Made by a program: the position numbers and the translations under genes. Of a DNA stretch of 60,202 bases, positions 7,857 through 17,603 are shown one piece after another (the stretch's first letter is position 1; every line of letters begins with the position of its first letter). The DNA comes from a virus. Taxonomy: Duplodnaviria > Caudoviricetes. The DNA lies in IMG/VR virus record IMGVR_UViG_3300004369_000751, positions 1 to 60,202 of that record; one strand, written 5' to 3'. The notes below the pieces were generated by a model, which ran no database searches, was not told the origin of the DNA, and saw only the letters and a list, made by a program, of their open reading frames with translations.

Positions 7857-8681
7857 ATGGCACCACCTCTTGGTATAGGGATTGGATTGGGATTGTCATT
7901 TATATCTCCTCCATCATCAGGTGGTGGGCTTGACCCTGATGCTGCTGCTTTTTTGGCCGCAGCCTCTATAACAGACCCAACAATAACTTCGGCTATAGAT
8001 TCTTTAGTTGTTGATTTAAAAGACTATGGAATTTGGAATAAAATGAAAGCCATTTATCCATTTGTTGGGGGAACAGGAACTACCCACAAATTCAATTTAA
8101 AAGACCCTCAAGACTTAGATACTTCATATAGGTTGATATTTAGTGGAGGAATTACTCACAGTGCTTTTGGAGCAAAAGGAAATGGGATAAATGGGTTTGC
8201 CAACACTTGGTTTAATGTTGGCGTAGAGCTTGCTTCAGGGGTTGGAGGCTTGGGATTTTATTCAAGAACGAACATACAAGGCGGAAGGGAAATGGGAATA
8301 AATGTGACTAATGGTTCTCGTAGTTTGATTGTTATTCCAAGATACATTGATAATAATTTTTATGCCAATGAAGGTTCTGCTTCTTGGATTACTTCTGCCA
8401 ACTTAGATGGAAGAGGTTTTTATACTGTTACAAGAACAGGTTTGGGAGCTTCTAATGGTGCATCATATAAAAATGGAGTTAGAGTTGGTACAAGTTCTTT
8501 TCCATTTTTAAGTTTTAATTCTGCAAATGCATACATATTTGTTGCAAATGGATTTAGTCAGTTTAGTGCAAAAGAATGTGCTTTTGCATACATCGAAAAC
8601 CAAGGGGTTACAGATGCTGATAGTTTAAATTTATACAACATTGTTCAAGCATTCCAAACCACATTAGGCCGTCAGGTATGA
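7857..8681 (+). CDS. Putative head fibre / lectin-like structural protein
   Basis: Starts GIGIGLGL, follows the spike base gene, beta-rich, AT-rich core. Confidence 0.55.
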   Translation: MAPPLGIGIGLGLSFISPPSSGGGLDPDAAAFLAAASITDPTITSAIDSLVVDLKDYGIWNKMKAIYPFVGGTGTTHKFNLKDPQDLDTSYRLIFSGGITHSAFGAKGNGINGFANTWFNVGVELASGVGGLGFYSRTNIQGGREMGINVTNGSRSLIVIPRYIDNNFYANEGSASWITSANLDGRGFYTVTRTGLGASNGASYKNGVRVGTSSFPFLSFNSANAYIFVANGFSQFSAKECAFAYIENQGVTDADSLNLYNIVQAFQTTLGRQV

Positions 8682-8950
8682 TAACACGCAACGAAATACC
8701 GCAAGGGCAAGAAAACGAGTTTGTTGGTCTGATAACCGAAGCCCAAAAGGATAGCTTGGTAGGACAGCTATTCGCCCCCGATTCCTACTACAACCCAATC
8801 CAAGACGGAAACGAACCGCCCAATTGGGTTATTTCGGTTGAGGAAATCGACCAAACCGTCAACGAGGAATTTATGTGGGTAAAGGATTTGCCCTTGATTC
8901 CTTGGGTTGCCCCGACACCAATTAACCCATTTGAAGATGCGACCAATTAA
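8678..8950 (+). CDS. Hypothetical protein (possible fibre chaperone)
   Basis: ATGA-type overlap with the upstream gene; YYNPIQDGN..NWVISVEE. Confidence 0.7.
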   Translation: MITRNEIPQGQENEFVGLITEAQKDSLVGQLFAPDSYYNPIQDGNEPPNWVISVEEIDQTVNEEFMWVKDLPLIPWVAPTPINPFEDATN

Positions 8951-9359
8951 CCACATTGTTTTGCACACCACAGCGAGCAGCGTAAAGGCAACGGCTGACA
9001 GTATTAACCGATACCACCGCAAGGTGCTTAATTGGAGGTCGCCGGGTTACCATTTTATTATTGAAAGGGACGGCAAAGTGGTTGAAAATTGGCCAATTGA
9101 AAAAACAACCAACGGAGTGAAAGGCCATAACCATGACAGTATTCATATCAGCTACATTGGCGGCATTGATGCTAAAGGCAAGCCTACCGACAACCGCACC
9201 AAGGAACAAAAGAAAGCAATGGCCGAATTGGTTAAAAAGCTGACGCTCAAGTTTCCAAACGCTGAGGTATTGGGACATCGGGACTTTCCCAATGTTGCCA
9301 AGGCTTGCCCATGTTTTGAAGCACGAGCTTGGTGGGAGGAGGTAAAACAAGAGTTATGA
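8937..9359 (+). CDS. Endolysin, N-acetylmuramoyl-L-alanine amidase (T7 lysozyme-like)
   Basis: IVLHTT...GYHFII...GHN...IHISYIGG...GHRDF...KACPCF zinc-ligand pattern; ATG at 8937. Confidence 0.93.
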   Translation: MRPINHIVLHTTASSVKATADSINRYHRKVLNWRSPGYHFIIERDGKVVENWPIEKTTNGVKGHNHDSIHISYIGGIDAKGKPTDNRTKEQKKAMAELVKKLTLKFPNAEVLGHRDFPNVAKACPCFEARAWWEEVKQEL

Positions 9360-9381
9360 ATTAAAGTATTACCTTTGCAAT

Positions 9382-9816
9382 ATGAGATACTTGCTGATAC
9401 TGTTGGTGCTATCATCTTGCATTACGGAAAGGAAATGCTATGATAAGTTTCCTCCCAAGACTACTGTCGATACAGTGGTTGTGGACAGTATCGCATATCG
9501 CGATACCCTAATATTTGTTCCCGGTGATACGATTATTTTTCAAATGCCCGACCTGTGTCCGGATATGGATACCATTGTTGTTTTTAAAGAAGGAAAGGTC
9601 AAGGTTGTAAGAAAAGACAGCATCCTTACTTTTGACTACGAGCAAAAGGAAAAGGAGCTTACGGCAAAGCTAATGGATAAGTATAAGTCTACTGTAATCA
9701 CAAAAACAATTGTTGTCAAGGAGCCTATTAAGTTTTGGCAGATGGTGTTCTTTTGGCTTGGTGTATTTTTTAGTGTTGGACTTTTACTTTTTGTGATATG
9801 GATGGCAATGAGTTAA
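9382..9816 (+). CDS. Unimolecular spanin (u-spanin) candidate
   Basis: Lipoprotein signal with lipobox LSSC plus a C-terminal transmembrane segment; lies between the amidase and the holin. Confidence 0.8.
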   Translation: MRYLLILLVLSSCITERKCYDKFPPKTTVDTVVVDSIAYRDTLIFVPGDTIIFQMPDLCPDMDTIVVFKEGKVKVVRKDSILTFDYEQKEKELTAKLMDKYKSTVITKTIVVKEPIKFWQMVFFWLGVFFSVGLLLFVIWMAMS

Positions 9817-10253
9817 AAACTATAATTGCAAGCTACCTGCTTTCTTTGGTGGCTTTTTTTACTCCCTTAGCCGGGATGGTTCTGCTGATAACATTTGCTG
9901 TTCTTGTTGACACATATGTTGGCCGGTCATACGCAAAGTGGTCGGGTAAAGTTGTGACATCCGGTAAAACTCGGGTTGGGTTTATTCAAAAGATGATTAC
10001 CTACTCAGTGGCTATTTTGTTTTCATTCCTTCTTGACCACTTTATACTGAACGATTTTATTAAGATGATAATTGACAAGGACTATCTTTTTACAATTATT
10101 TCAACTTTGTTTTTGATTAATATTGAGTATACAAGCATAGATGAGAAAGTAAGGTGGCGTACCGGGAAAAGTATTACAGATAGGATAGGTGATTTTGTTA
10201 GGAGATTGAAGGATGTAATTGTAAAAGCCAAAGATATTAAAGCAGAACTGTAA
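9798..10253 (+). CDS. Holin (phage holin 4 / TcdE-like)
   Basis: About three hydrophobic segments, E..SIDE motif, position in the lysis cassette. Confidence 0.8.
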   Translation: MDGNELKTIIASYLLSLVAFFTPLAGMVLLITFAVLVDTYVGRSYAKWSGKVVTSGKTRVGFIQKMITYSVAILFSFLLDHFILNDFIKMIIDKDYLFTIISTLFLINIEYTSIDEKVRWRTGKSITDRIGDFVRRLKDVIVKAKDIKAEL

Positions 10254-10399
10254 TGGCAGCTAAAAAGACATCGGATGCTAAGTCATCCTTTTTGAAGAAG
10301 CCCGAAGTGAATCGTCCGGGGGTACACGCAAAGTCTAAGACATCCAAGATAAAGGGCTCAAAGAATTATAAGAAGCAGTATAACCGCCAAGGTAGATAA
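10253..10399 (+). CDS. 48-aa basic protein (not in the ORF track)
   Basis: MAAKKTSDAKSSFLKKPEVNRPGVHAKSKTSKIKGSKNYKKQYNRQGR; TAATG coupling with the holin. Confidence 0.75.
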   Translation: MAAKKTSDAKSSFLKKPEVNRPGVHAKSKTSKIKGSKNYKKQYNRQGR

Positions 10400-10430
10400 A
10401 AAAATTCTATCTTTGTAAAAATTAAATCAT

Positions 10431-10688
10431 ATGTCAAAAATTATCTCATTAAATGTTACTCAGGAAGAGCTTGAAATGCTTCAAGCCATGAACACTCAGT
10501 ACTCTCGTATGAAGCTGATGATTGCAGACTTGGAGCTTCAGAAACTTTCTGTGCTCAAAGAAATTGAGGTTTTAAAGCAGGACTTCTCTCGCAATGAAGC
10601 AGAGCTTATTTCTAAGTATGGTCGCAATGCTGTTATCGACATTAAGACCGGAATGATTACATACTCAAAAGAAGACTTACCTAACTGA
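10431..10688 (+). CDS. Coiled-coil hypothetical protein
   Basis: ORF after -7 TATCTTTG at 10408-10415. Confidence 0.8.
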   Translation: MSKIISLNVTQEELEMLQAMNTQYSRMKLMIADLELQKLSVLKEIEVLKQDFSRNEAELISKYGRNAVIDIKTGMITYSKEDLPN

Positions 10689-10690
10689 TT

Positions 10691-11320
10691 ATGGCAAAGA
10701 TATCAACATACCCAAATGCGAGCCCTTCGTTAAATGACAAGGTCATTGGTACAAATGTTAATCCGTCAAATGAGACTGAGAATTTTGTTCTTTCTGACAT
10801 CCTTTCGTTATTTGTTGCGAACCTTCCGGCTCCTACTCCATTGCAGTACTCATTGGTTCTTAATGCCAAGGAGACTTTAGCGTTGGCCCCATCGGGACTT
10901 GATGCTCCTCTTCAGTTGACAATTGGGCCGGCACAGCTTGGCCCATCAGACCCTGTACAGTTAACCGCTCTTGGAGAGATACGTTTTAATCAAGCAGGGC
11001 AGTATATGCTTTCTCTTCAAGGGTTGTTTGAAAGGGTTGGGAGCTCAGGTGGGTTTGCGCTTTTGCACTTCCGAGCTTTGATAAATGGGGTTCAATCCGG
11101 CAACACACAGTCCATTGAGATTAATGACACTCAGACTTGGACTCCTTACGAAAGGACTATCCCTATTTATATTGCAACTCCCGGCACTGATTTGACATTT
11201 GAGATTGTAAGAGACAGCACCGGTGTTGATGCCGGGGGATTGTATCCTGCTTCGGTTTCTACTCCGGGGTGGCCATCAACTCCGAGCTTTGCGGTTCAAG
11301 TTTATAAAGCATCTCTGTAA
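10691..11320 (+). CDS. Structural / tail fibre-like protein (C1q/BclA-like C-terminus)
   Basis: MAKISTYP N-terminus; GEIRFNQAGQYMLSLQ beta-sandwich pattern. Confidence 0.55.
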   Translation: MAKISTYPNASPSLNDKVIGTNVNPSNETENFVLSDILSLFVANLPAPTPLQYSLVLNAKETLALAPSGLDAPLQLTIGPAQLGPSDPVQLTALGEIRFNQAGQYMLSLQGLFERVGSSGGFALLHFRALINGVQSGNTQSIEINDTQTWTPYERTIPIYIATPGTDLTFEIVRDSTGVDAGGLYPASVSTPGWPSTPSFAVQVYKASL

Positions 11321-11583
11321 TGAATACTTGGGTGACATCAGAAATGGATTATAGCTTTGCGTATGAGATACGTAAGATTTCTGTTGGGGCAGACTATAAG
11401 ACTGCTATGCATTACATCTTGGGTCAGTCTGTTTTAAATGATTCTCATAAGATAAGTGGATTCACTCGCGACAGTAACGGCCAACATTTTGTGTGGATTA
11501 TCAATGATAAGCAAGAGGTTCTTTTGTGGAAATCATTCGGAAACAATATGCCAATTTCAATTGAATACAACATTAATATTTAA
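11320..11583 (+). CDS. Hypothetical protein
   Basis: IRKISVGADYKTAMHY...LWKSF..NMPISIEYN. Confidence 0.75.
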   Translation: MNTWVTSEMDYSFAYEIRKISVGADYKTAMHYILGQSVLNDSHKISGFTRDSNGQHFVWIINDKQEVLLWKSFGNNMPISIEYNINI

Positions 11584-11585
11584 AA

Positions 11586-12149
11586 ATGCAATCACCATTT
11601 CACTTCATTGCAAAGCCGCATGAGGGGAAGCGATACAACAACACGAAAAGCGTAGAGGGGATAGACCTCATCATTAGTACATCAGAGGAAGACCATCGCT
11701 TCTCAAACAGATATGCGGAAGTAGTAGCGGTTCCATTAGGATACTCCGGGCCCATACAGGCCGGTGACATTCTTTTGGTTCACCACAACGTGTTCAAGTT
11801 TTACAACGACATGAAAGGCCGCAGGCAGTCCGGCCGCAGTTTTTTAAAGGATGATTTGTTTTTGATTGAGGAGGACCAATACTTTGCTTACAAGAGGGAT
11901 GGATTTTGGAACGCATACGGCAGGTACTGTTTTGTTAGTCCGGCCCCGGTGATTGATTCTTTCATAAAGAAGCCGGGGAGTGAGGAGCCTCTTGTTGGAA
12001 TCATGGAGATTCCTAACGAAAGGATGCTGAGCCTTGGAGTAAACAAGGGTGACACAATATGTTTTAAGCCTGAGAGTGAGTATGAGTTTGATGTGGATGG
12101 GCAAAAGATGTTTCGTATGTTTGACCATCAAATAACAATTAAGTTATGA
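11586..12149 (+). CDS. Tandem GroES-like domain protein
   Basis: Two GroES-like units (AEVVAVP...IQAGDILLVHH; GVNKGDTICFKPESEYEFDVDGQKMFRM). Confidence 0.65.
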   Translation: MQSPFHFIAKPHEGKRYNNTKSVEGIDLIISTSEEDHRFSNRYAEVVAVPLGYSGPIQAGDILLVHHNVFKFYNDMKGRRQSGRSFLKDDLFLIEEDQYFAYKRDGFWNAYGRYCFVSPAPVIDSFIKKPGSEEPLVGIMEIPNERMLSLGVNKGDTICFKPESEYEFDVDGQKMFRMFDHQITIKL

Positions 12150-12637
12150 ATGCTTTTGTTTATGACAATGTTATAAAAGACCCATTGGCTTACAAGAAGA
12201 AAATCTTGTCGGGTGTATTTCAAAATGCATTTGATGGTGTAAACTTGTTCAAGAATGTTCAGCCGCTGACATCAAGGGATGAGTTTGTTGATTTTTTAAT
12301 AAATGAGTTTTCTGTTTTGGATTTGGTTGTTTCTTGGAACTTTGCAAGGAAGTCTCCATATATGCAAGATGAGCCCAACTTTGTTCATTCAGATGAAATG
12401 ATGGGGAATCTTACTGCGATTCTTTATTTAAATGAATCACCCCCGGAAGGAGATGGCACCACGCTATATGATGAAGATGGTAAAATTATGATTGTGTCTC
12501 AGTCAAAGTTTAACAGAGCATTTGTGTTTAACTCGGATTGTTTGCACTCTCGAAATATTTATCATAACTTCGGACAAGGAGACGATGCAAGATTGATACA
12601 GGTTGTGTTTCTAAAACTAAGAAATGAGAAGCTCTAA
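12146..12637 (+). CDS. 2OG-Fe(II) oxygenase-like protein
   Basis: HSD...AILYLN...GTTLY...FNRAFVF...HSR...RLIQVVF. Confidence 0.8.
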   Translation: MNAFVYDNVIKDPLAYKKKILSGVFQNAFDGVNLFKNVQPLTSRDEFVDFLINEFSVLDLVVSWNFARKSPYMQDEPNFVHSDEMMGNLTAILYLNESPPEGDGTTLYDEDGKIMIVSQSKFNRAFVFNSDCLHSRNIYHNFGQGDDARLIQVVFLKLRNEKL

Positions 12638-12902
12638 GGAAATAAAGCTCAGGATTATTCAAGCCGGGCATCGGGCCGTAGAGCAACTAATTAAGGTTGC
12701 TGAGGAAGAGATTGTCGGTGGGGATGATGAGCTTTCTGCTGACAAACTAAAGAGTGCAGCTCAAGCCAAGAAGATGGCTATCTTTGATGCATTCGAAATT
12801 CTGTCAAGGATAGAGTCAGAGAAGGAGGTTCTTGAGCAGATGGAAAGGGGTTCAATGAAAACAGATAGTAAGCAAGGTTTTGCAGAGCGAAGGTCAAAAT
12901 AG
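12624..12902 (+). CDS. terS: Probable terminase small subunit
   Basis: Small helical protein directly upstream of terL. Confidence 0.55.
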   Translation: MRSSKEIKLRIIQAGHRAVEQLIKVAEEEIVGGDDELSADKLKSAAQAKKMAIFDAFEILSRIESEKEVLEQMERGSMKTDSKQGFAERRSK

Positions 12903-15129
12903 TTTGTATCGGGTTCTTGATGGTTACATCCCAAGCAAGATTTACTCTACAAAAAACAAGAGTAAGGGGTGGGACTATGGATACAACGAAGAGCACGACA
13001 TGGTTGTGATATCTCGTACCGGTCAGATAGGTGAGATAGTAATGATATCGGGATTGGTTGTAGCTTTGCCTGCGGTTCCGGAGTATGTTTATTCAAGGAG
13101 TAACATTGTATCTGAGCAGTACTTTGAAAGGGAAAACTACCCATCTGAGTTGGCAAAGATTCAGACCATCTTTCAGTGGAATGAAAGGCCAAAGGAATTC
13201 AAGGACCGTTGGATTGATTACATAGAATCTCAGTTTGACTATAGGGAGAATGGCTATTGGTTTATGAACAATGGGTCTCCTACCTACATGACCGGAGCGC
13301 ATTGGATGTACCTTCAGTGGTCAAAGATTGACGTTGGCTATGCGGATTACCGAGAGGCCAATAGGATTTTGTTTTTATTTTGGGAGGCGTGCAAAGCGGA
13401 TGAAAGGTCATTTGGCATGATATACCTAAAGATTCGGCGTTCCGGATTCTCCTATATGTCATCATCGGAGTGCATCAACACAGGTACCTTGGCCAACAAT
13501 TCCCGGATAGGCATACTATCCAAGACCGGTAGTGATGCCAAGAAGATGTTTACCGATAAGGTTGTTCCTATTAGCACGAACCTTCCATTCTTCTTCAAGC
13601 CTATTCAAGATGGTATGGACCGGCCCAAGACGGAGTTGGCCTATAGGATTCCGGCATCCAAGATTACAAAGAAGAATATGCACGAGATTGGCGAGGAGGA
13701 TGAGCTAAAAGGCTTGAATACAACAATCGATTGGAAGAACACTGAGGACAACTCCTATGATGGAGAGAAGCTGCTGCTTCTTGTGCATGATGAAAGTGGA
13801 AAGTGGGTTAAGCCAAACAACATCCTAAACAATTGGAGGGTAACAAAGACTTGCTTGAGATTGGGTAGAAAGATAATAGGCAAATGCATGATGGGTTCTA
13901 CTTGTAATGCATTGGAAAAGGGTGGAGGCAACTTTAAGAGTATGTACTTTGATTCTGACATAACGAAGCGTAATGCAAACGGTCAGACCAAGAGTGGGCT
14001 CTACAGATTGTTTATACCCATGGAGTGGAACCTTGAGGGGTTTATTGACCGCTATGGGATGCCGGTGTTTCGGAAGCCAACGGAAAAGGTTATGGGGGTT
14101 GATGGCCAATTAATAACCAATGGTGCCATAGACTATTGGGAGGCTGAGGTTGATTCTCTTAAGAATGATGCTGATGCTTTAAATGAGTACTACCGTCAGT
14201 ATCCGAGAACCGAGTCTCACGCTTTTCGGGATGAGAGCAAGGCATCTCTTTTCAATCTCACGAAGATATATCAGCAGATTGACTACAACGATTCAATGAT
14301 TAAGGGCCATATGTTGACAAGGGGTTCTTTTCATTGGAAGGATGGCATAAAAGATACGAAGGTTGTATGGTCACCCGACAGCCGGGGCAGGTTCCTTGTG
14401 AGTTGGATTCCGCCAAAAGAGTTGCAGAATAGGTTTATTGAAAGGAATGGGATAAGGTATCCGTTAAACGAGCACATTGGGGCCTTTGGTTGTGATAGTT
14501 ACGACATATCAGGCGTTGTTGTCGGAAGTGGTTCGAATGGTGCGTTGCATGGATTAACCAAGTTCAACATGGAGAATGCTCCATCCAATGAGTTTTTTCT
14601 TGAGTACATTGCCCGGCCGCAGACAGCAGAGATATTTTTTGAGGAGGTTCTTATGGCTTGCGTTTTTTATGGGATGCCTATCCTTGTAGAAAACAACAAG
14701 CCAAGGTTGTTGTACCATTTGAAGAATAGGGGGTATCGTGGGTTTAGCTTGAACCGTCCGGACAAGAACATCTCAAAACTTTCAAAAACAGAGAGAGAGC
14801 TTGGTGGAATCCCCAACTCTTCGGAGGATGTGAAGCAAGCACACGCTGCTGCTGTAGAGTCATACATTGAGAAGCACATCGGCTTAGATTTTGAGGGGGT
14901 GTACAGAGACTCTGAGGAGATGGGTACGATGCCGTTTAACAGGACGCTTGAAGATTGGGCAAAGTTTGATATAAACAACAGGACTCTTTACGATGCGACA
15001 ATTAGTTCGGGATTGGCTATTATGGCGAATCAGAAGCACTTATATCAGCCCGAGGTAAAACAATCGAAAATTAGCGTTAACTTTGCAACGTATAACAATT
15101 CCGGAGTTTTCAGTAAGATTAATCAATGA
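12880..15129 (+). CDS. terL: Terminase large subunit (start codon uncertain)
   Basis: Walker A-like LKIRRSGFSY, Walker B LLVHDESGK, nuclease FGCDSYD and YDATISSG. Confidence 0.92.
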   Translation: MQSEGQNSLYRVLDGYIPSKIYSTKNKSKGWDYGYNEEHDMVVISRTGQIGEIVMISGLVVALPAVPEYVYSRSNIVSEQYFERENYPSELAKIQTIFQWNERPKEFKDRWIDYIESQFDYRENGYWFMNNGSPTYMTGAHWMYLQWSKIDVGYADYREANRILFLFWEACKADERSFGMIYLKIRRSGFSYMSSSECINTGTLANNSRIGILSKTGSDAKKMFTDKVVPISTNLPFFFKPIQDGMDRPKTELAYRIPASKITKKNMHEIGEEDELKGLNTTIDWKNTEDNSYDGEKLLLLVHDESGKWVKPNNILNNWRVTKTCLRLGRKIIGKCMMGSTCNALEKGGGNFKSMYFDSDITKRNANGQTKSGLYRLFIPMEWNLEGFIDRYGMPVFRKPTEKVMGVDGQLITNGAIDYWEAEVDSLKNDADALNEYYRQYPRTESHAFRDESKASLFNLTKIYQQIDYNDSMIKGHMLTRGSFHWKDGIKDTKVVWSPDSRGRFLVSWIPPKELQNRFIERNGIRYPLNEHIGAFGCDSYDISGVVVGSGSNGALHGLTKFNMENAPSNEFFLEYIARPQTAEIFFEEVLMACVFYGMPILVENNKPRLLYHLKNRGYRGFSLNRPDKNISKLSKTERELGGIPNSSEDVKQAHAAAVESYIEKHIGLDFEGVYRDSEEMGTMPFNRTLEDWAKFDINNRTLYDATISSGLAIMANQKHLYQPEVKQSKISVNFATYNNSGVFSKINQ

Positions 15130-17561
15130 AGGACATCAAGGTCAACATAAGTGCCACAGGTTTCCCGAGTCAATTTGTTTCGGATGCTGAGAAAGCATCA
15201 GATGAGTTTGGATTACAGATTGGGCAAGCTATTCAATATGAATGGTTCAGAAAGGATGGAAACCAATGTAGATACTACAATCAATGGAGAGACTTTCACC
15301 GGCTACGGCTGTATGCTCGTGGAGAGCAGTCTACTCAAAAGTACAAAGATGAGATTGCTGTAAACGGAGACCTTTCGTATTTGAACTTAGATTGGACACC
15401 TGTGCCGGTGATTCCAAAGTTTGTTGACATTGTTGTGAACGGTATGTCGGACCGTATGTTTAAGGTCAAGGCATTTGCTCAAGATGCGATGTCACAAGAG
15501 CGCAGGAGTGTGTATCAAGATATGATTGAGGGGCAGATGGTGGCTAAGGACATCTTGATTAAGATTAAAGAGAAGACCGGTGCTGACCCATTTACGATGG
15601 ACCCGGATGAGTTGCCTAATACAGATGAGGAGCTTTCGCTGTATATGCAGTTGAACTACAAGCCGGCAATTGAGATTGCTGAAGAGGAGGCGATTAATAC
15701 TTTGCTTGAAGAGAATCACTACTATGATTTAAGGAAGAGGTTGGACTATGACCTTGCGACCATAGGTCTTGCTGTGTGCAAGCATGAGTTCTTGCCCGGG
15801 GCCGGAGTTGAGATATCTTACGTTGACCCGGCAAATGTTGTTTACAGTTACACTGAAGACCCACACTTTAAGGATTGTTTTTATTGGGGAGAGATTAAAA
15901 CCCTTCCGATTACGGAGCTGTACAAGATTGACCAATCACTTACCAATGAGCAGTTGGAGGAGATATCAAAGTACAGTCAGTCTTGGTATGACTACTTCAA
16001 TGTAGCTCAGTTCTATGAGAACAGTATATTTTACCGCGACACTTGCACGCTTCTTTATTTTAACTACAAGACCACCAAGCGTATTGTATACAAGAAAAAG
16101 ATTTCTGAAGGTGGAGGTGCCCGGGTGATTGAGAAGGACGATACCTTTAATCCTCCGGCAGAGATGATGGAAGAGGGTCGTTTTGAAAAAATTGAGAAGG
16201 TTGTTGATGTTTGGTACAATGGCGTTATGGTCATGGGTACAAACATCATATTGAAGTGGGAGATAGCGGAGAACATGGTCAGACCAAAGTCCTCATCTCA
16301 GCACGCACTTCCAAACTATATTGCGGTGGCACCCCGGATGTACAAGGGTGTTATTGAGTCATTGGTTCGCAGGATGATACCATTTGCTGACTTGATTCAG
16401 ATTACACACTTGAAGCTACAGCAAGTTATTTCCCGGGTGGTTCCGGATGGTGTGTTTATTGATGCCGATGGTTTGAATGAGGTTGACCTTGGAACCGGTG
16501 CCGCATACAATCCCGAGGATGCATTGCGATTGTATTTTCAAACCGGTAGTGTCATAGGCCGCAGCTTCACTCAGGATGGAGATTTCAATAATGCTCGAGT
16601 TCCTATTCAGGAGCTTAACTCAAACTCGGGAAGTGGGAAGACTCAGATGTTGCTTGCAAACTACAACCACTACCTTGACATGATTCGAACTGTGACCGGT
16701 TTGAATGAGGCGAGGGATGGCTCCACTCCGGACCCAAGAGGGTTGGTTGGATTGCAGAAGTTGGCAGCTTTAAACTCAAACACAGCTACTCGTCATATTC
16801 TTGATGGAGCCCTTTATATGTTCCGAACATTGGCGGAAGGACTTACCTATCGGGTCTCTGACATTTTGCAGTATGCTGACTTTAGGGATGATTTTGCAAA
16901 CAAGATTGGGAAGTATAATGTTGGTGTCCTTGACCAAATCAAGGACCTGTACATTTATGACTTTGGCATTTTCATTGAGGTATCTCCGGATGAAGAGGAG
17001 AAAGCTCAGCTTGAAGCCAACATTCAAATGGCGTTATCGAAGGGTGACATTAACTTGGAGGATGCAATCGATATCCGGGAGGTGAAGAATTTAAAGCTCG
17101 CGAATCAGTTGCTCAAGGTCAAGAGGATTAAGAAGCAAGAGCGAGAAGAGAAGATGCAGATGCAAATGCAAGCTATGCAGGCTCAGCAGAATCTTAAGGC
17201 CCAAGAGATGTCGAATGTGTTGGCGGTTCAAAAGATTCAAATGGAGACCGAGAAGGACATTAAGATTGAGCAAGCTCGCGTTGCTTTTGCTATTGAGAAG
17301 ATGAATGCTGAAGCTGAGTTGAAGAGCAGATTGATGGCTGAGGAGTTTGATTATAAAACAAGGATTGTTGAGATGACTGAGGCGCAGTTGGCTGAGAGAG
17401 AAGGAATGAAGGAGGAAGGAAAGTCAAAAAGAATTAGCCAACAGAACACTGAGCAATCGAGATTGATTAATCAGCGCAAGCTAAATCTTCCTCCACAGAA
17501 TTTTGAATCAAATGAGGATTCTTTGGATGGCTTTGACTTAGCCGAGTTCGAACCTCGATAA
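15126..17561 (+). CDS. Portal protein
   Basis: 811 aa after terL; VIPKFVDIVVNG motif, coiled-coil C-terminus; internal -7 TAACTTTG at 15078. Confidence 0.85.
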   Translation: MKDIKVNISATGFPSQFVSDAEKASDEFGLQIGQAIQYEWFRKDGNQCRYYNQWRDFHRLRLYARGEQSTQKYKDEIAVNGDLSYLNLDWTPVPVIPKFVDIVVNGMSDRMFKVKAFAQDAMSQERRSVYQDMIEGQMVAKDILIKIKEKTGADPFTMDPDELPNTDEELSLYMQLNYKPAIEIAEEEAINTLLEENHYYDLRKRLDYDLATIGLAVCKHEFLPGAGVEISYVDPANVVYSYTEDPHFKDCFYWGEIKTLPITELYKIDQSLTNEQLEEISKYSQSWYDYFNVAQFYENSIFYRDTCTLLYFNYKTTKRIVYKKKISEGGGARVIEKDDTFNPPAEMMEEGRFEKIEKVVDVWYNGVMVMGTNIILKWEIAENMVRPKSSSQHALPNYIAVAPRMYKGVIESLVRRMIPFADLIQITHLKLQQVISRVVPDGVFIDADGLNEVDLGTGAAYNPEDALRLYFQTGSVIGRSFTQDGDFNNARVPIQELNSNSGSGKTQMLLANYNHYLDMIRTVTGLNEARDGSTPDPRGLVGLQKLAALNSNTATRHILDGALYMFRTLAEGLTYRVSDILQYADFRDDFANKIGKYNVGVLDQIKDLYIYDFGIFIEVSPDEEEKAQLEANIQMALSKGDINLEDAIDIREVKNLKLANQLLKVKRIKKQEREEKMQMQMQAMQAQQNLKAQEMSNVLAVQKIQMETEKDIKIEQARVAFAIEKMNAEAELKSRLMAEEFDYKTRIVEMTEAQLAEREGMKEEGKSKRISQQNTEQSRLINQRKLNLPPQNFESNEDSLDGFDLAEFEPR

Positions 17562-17603
17562 AGTTCAAAAAATGTTTATTAACTTTGTACAAATTTTAAT
17601 CTT

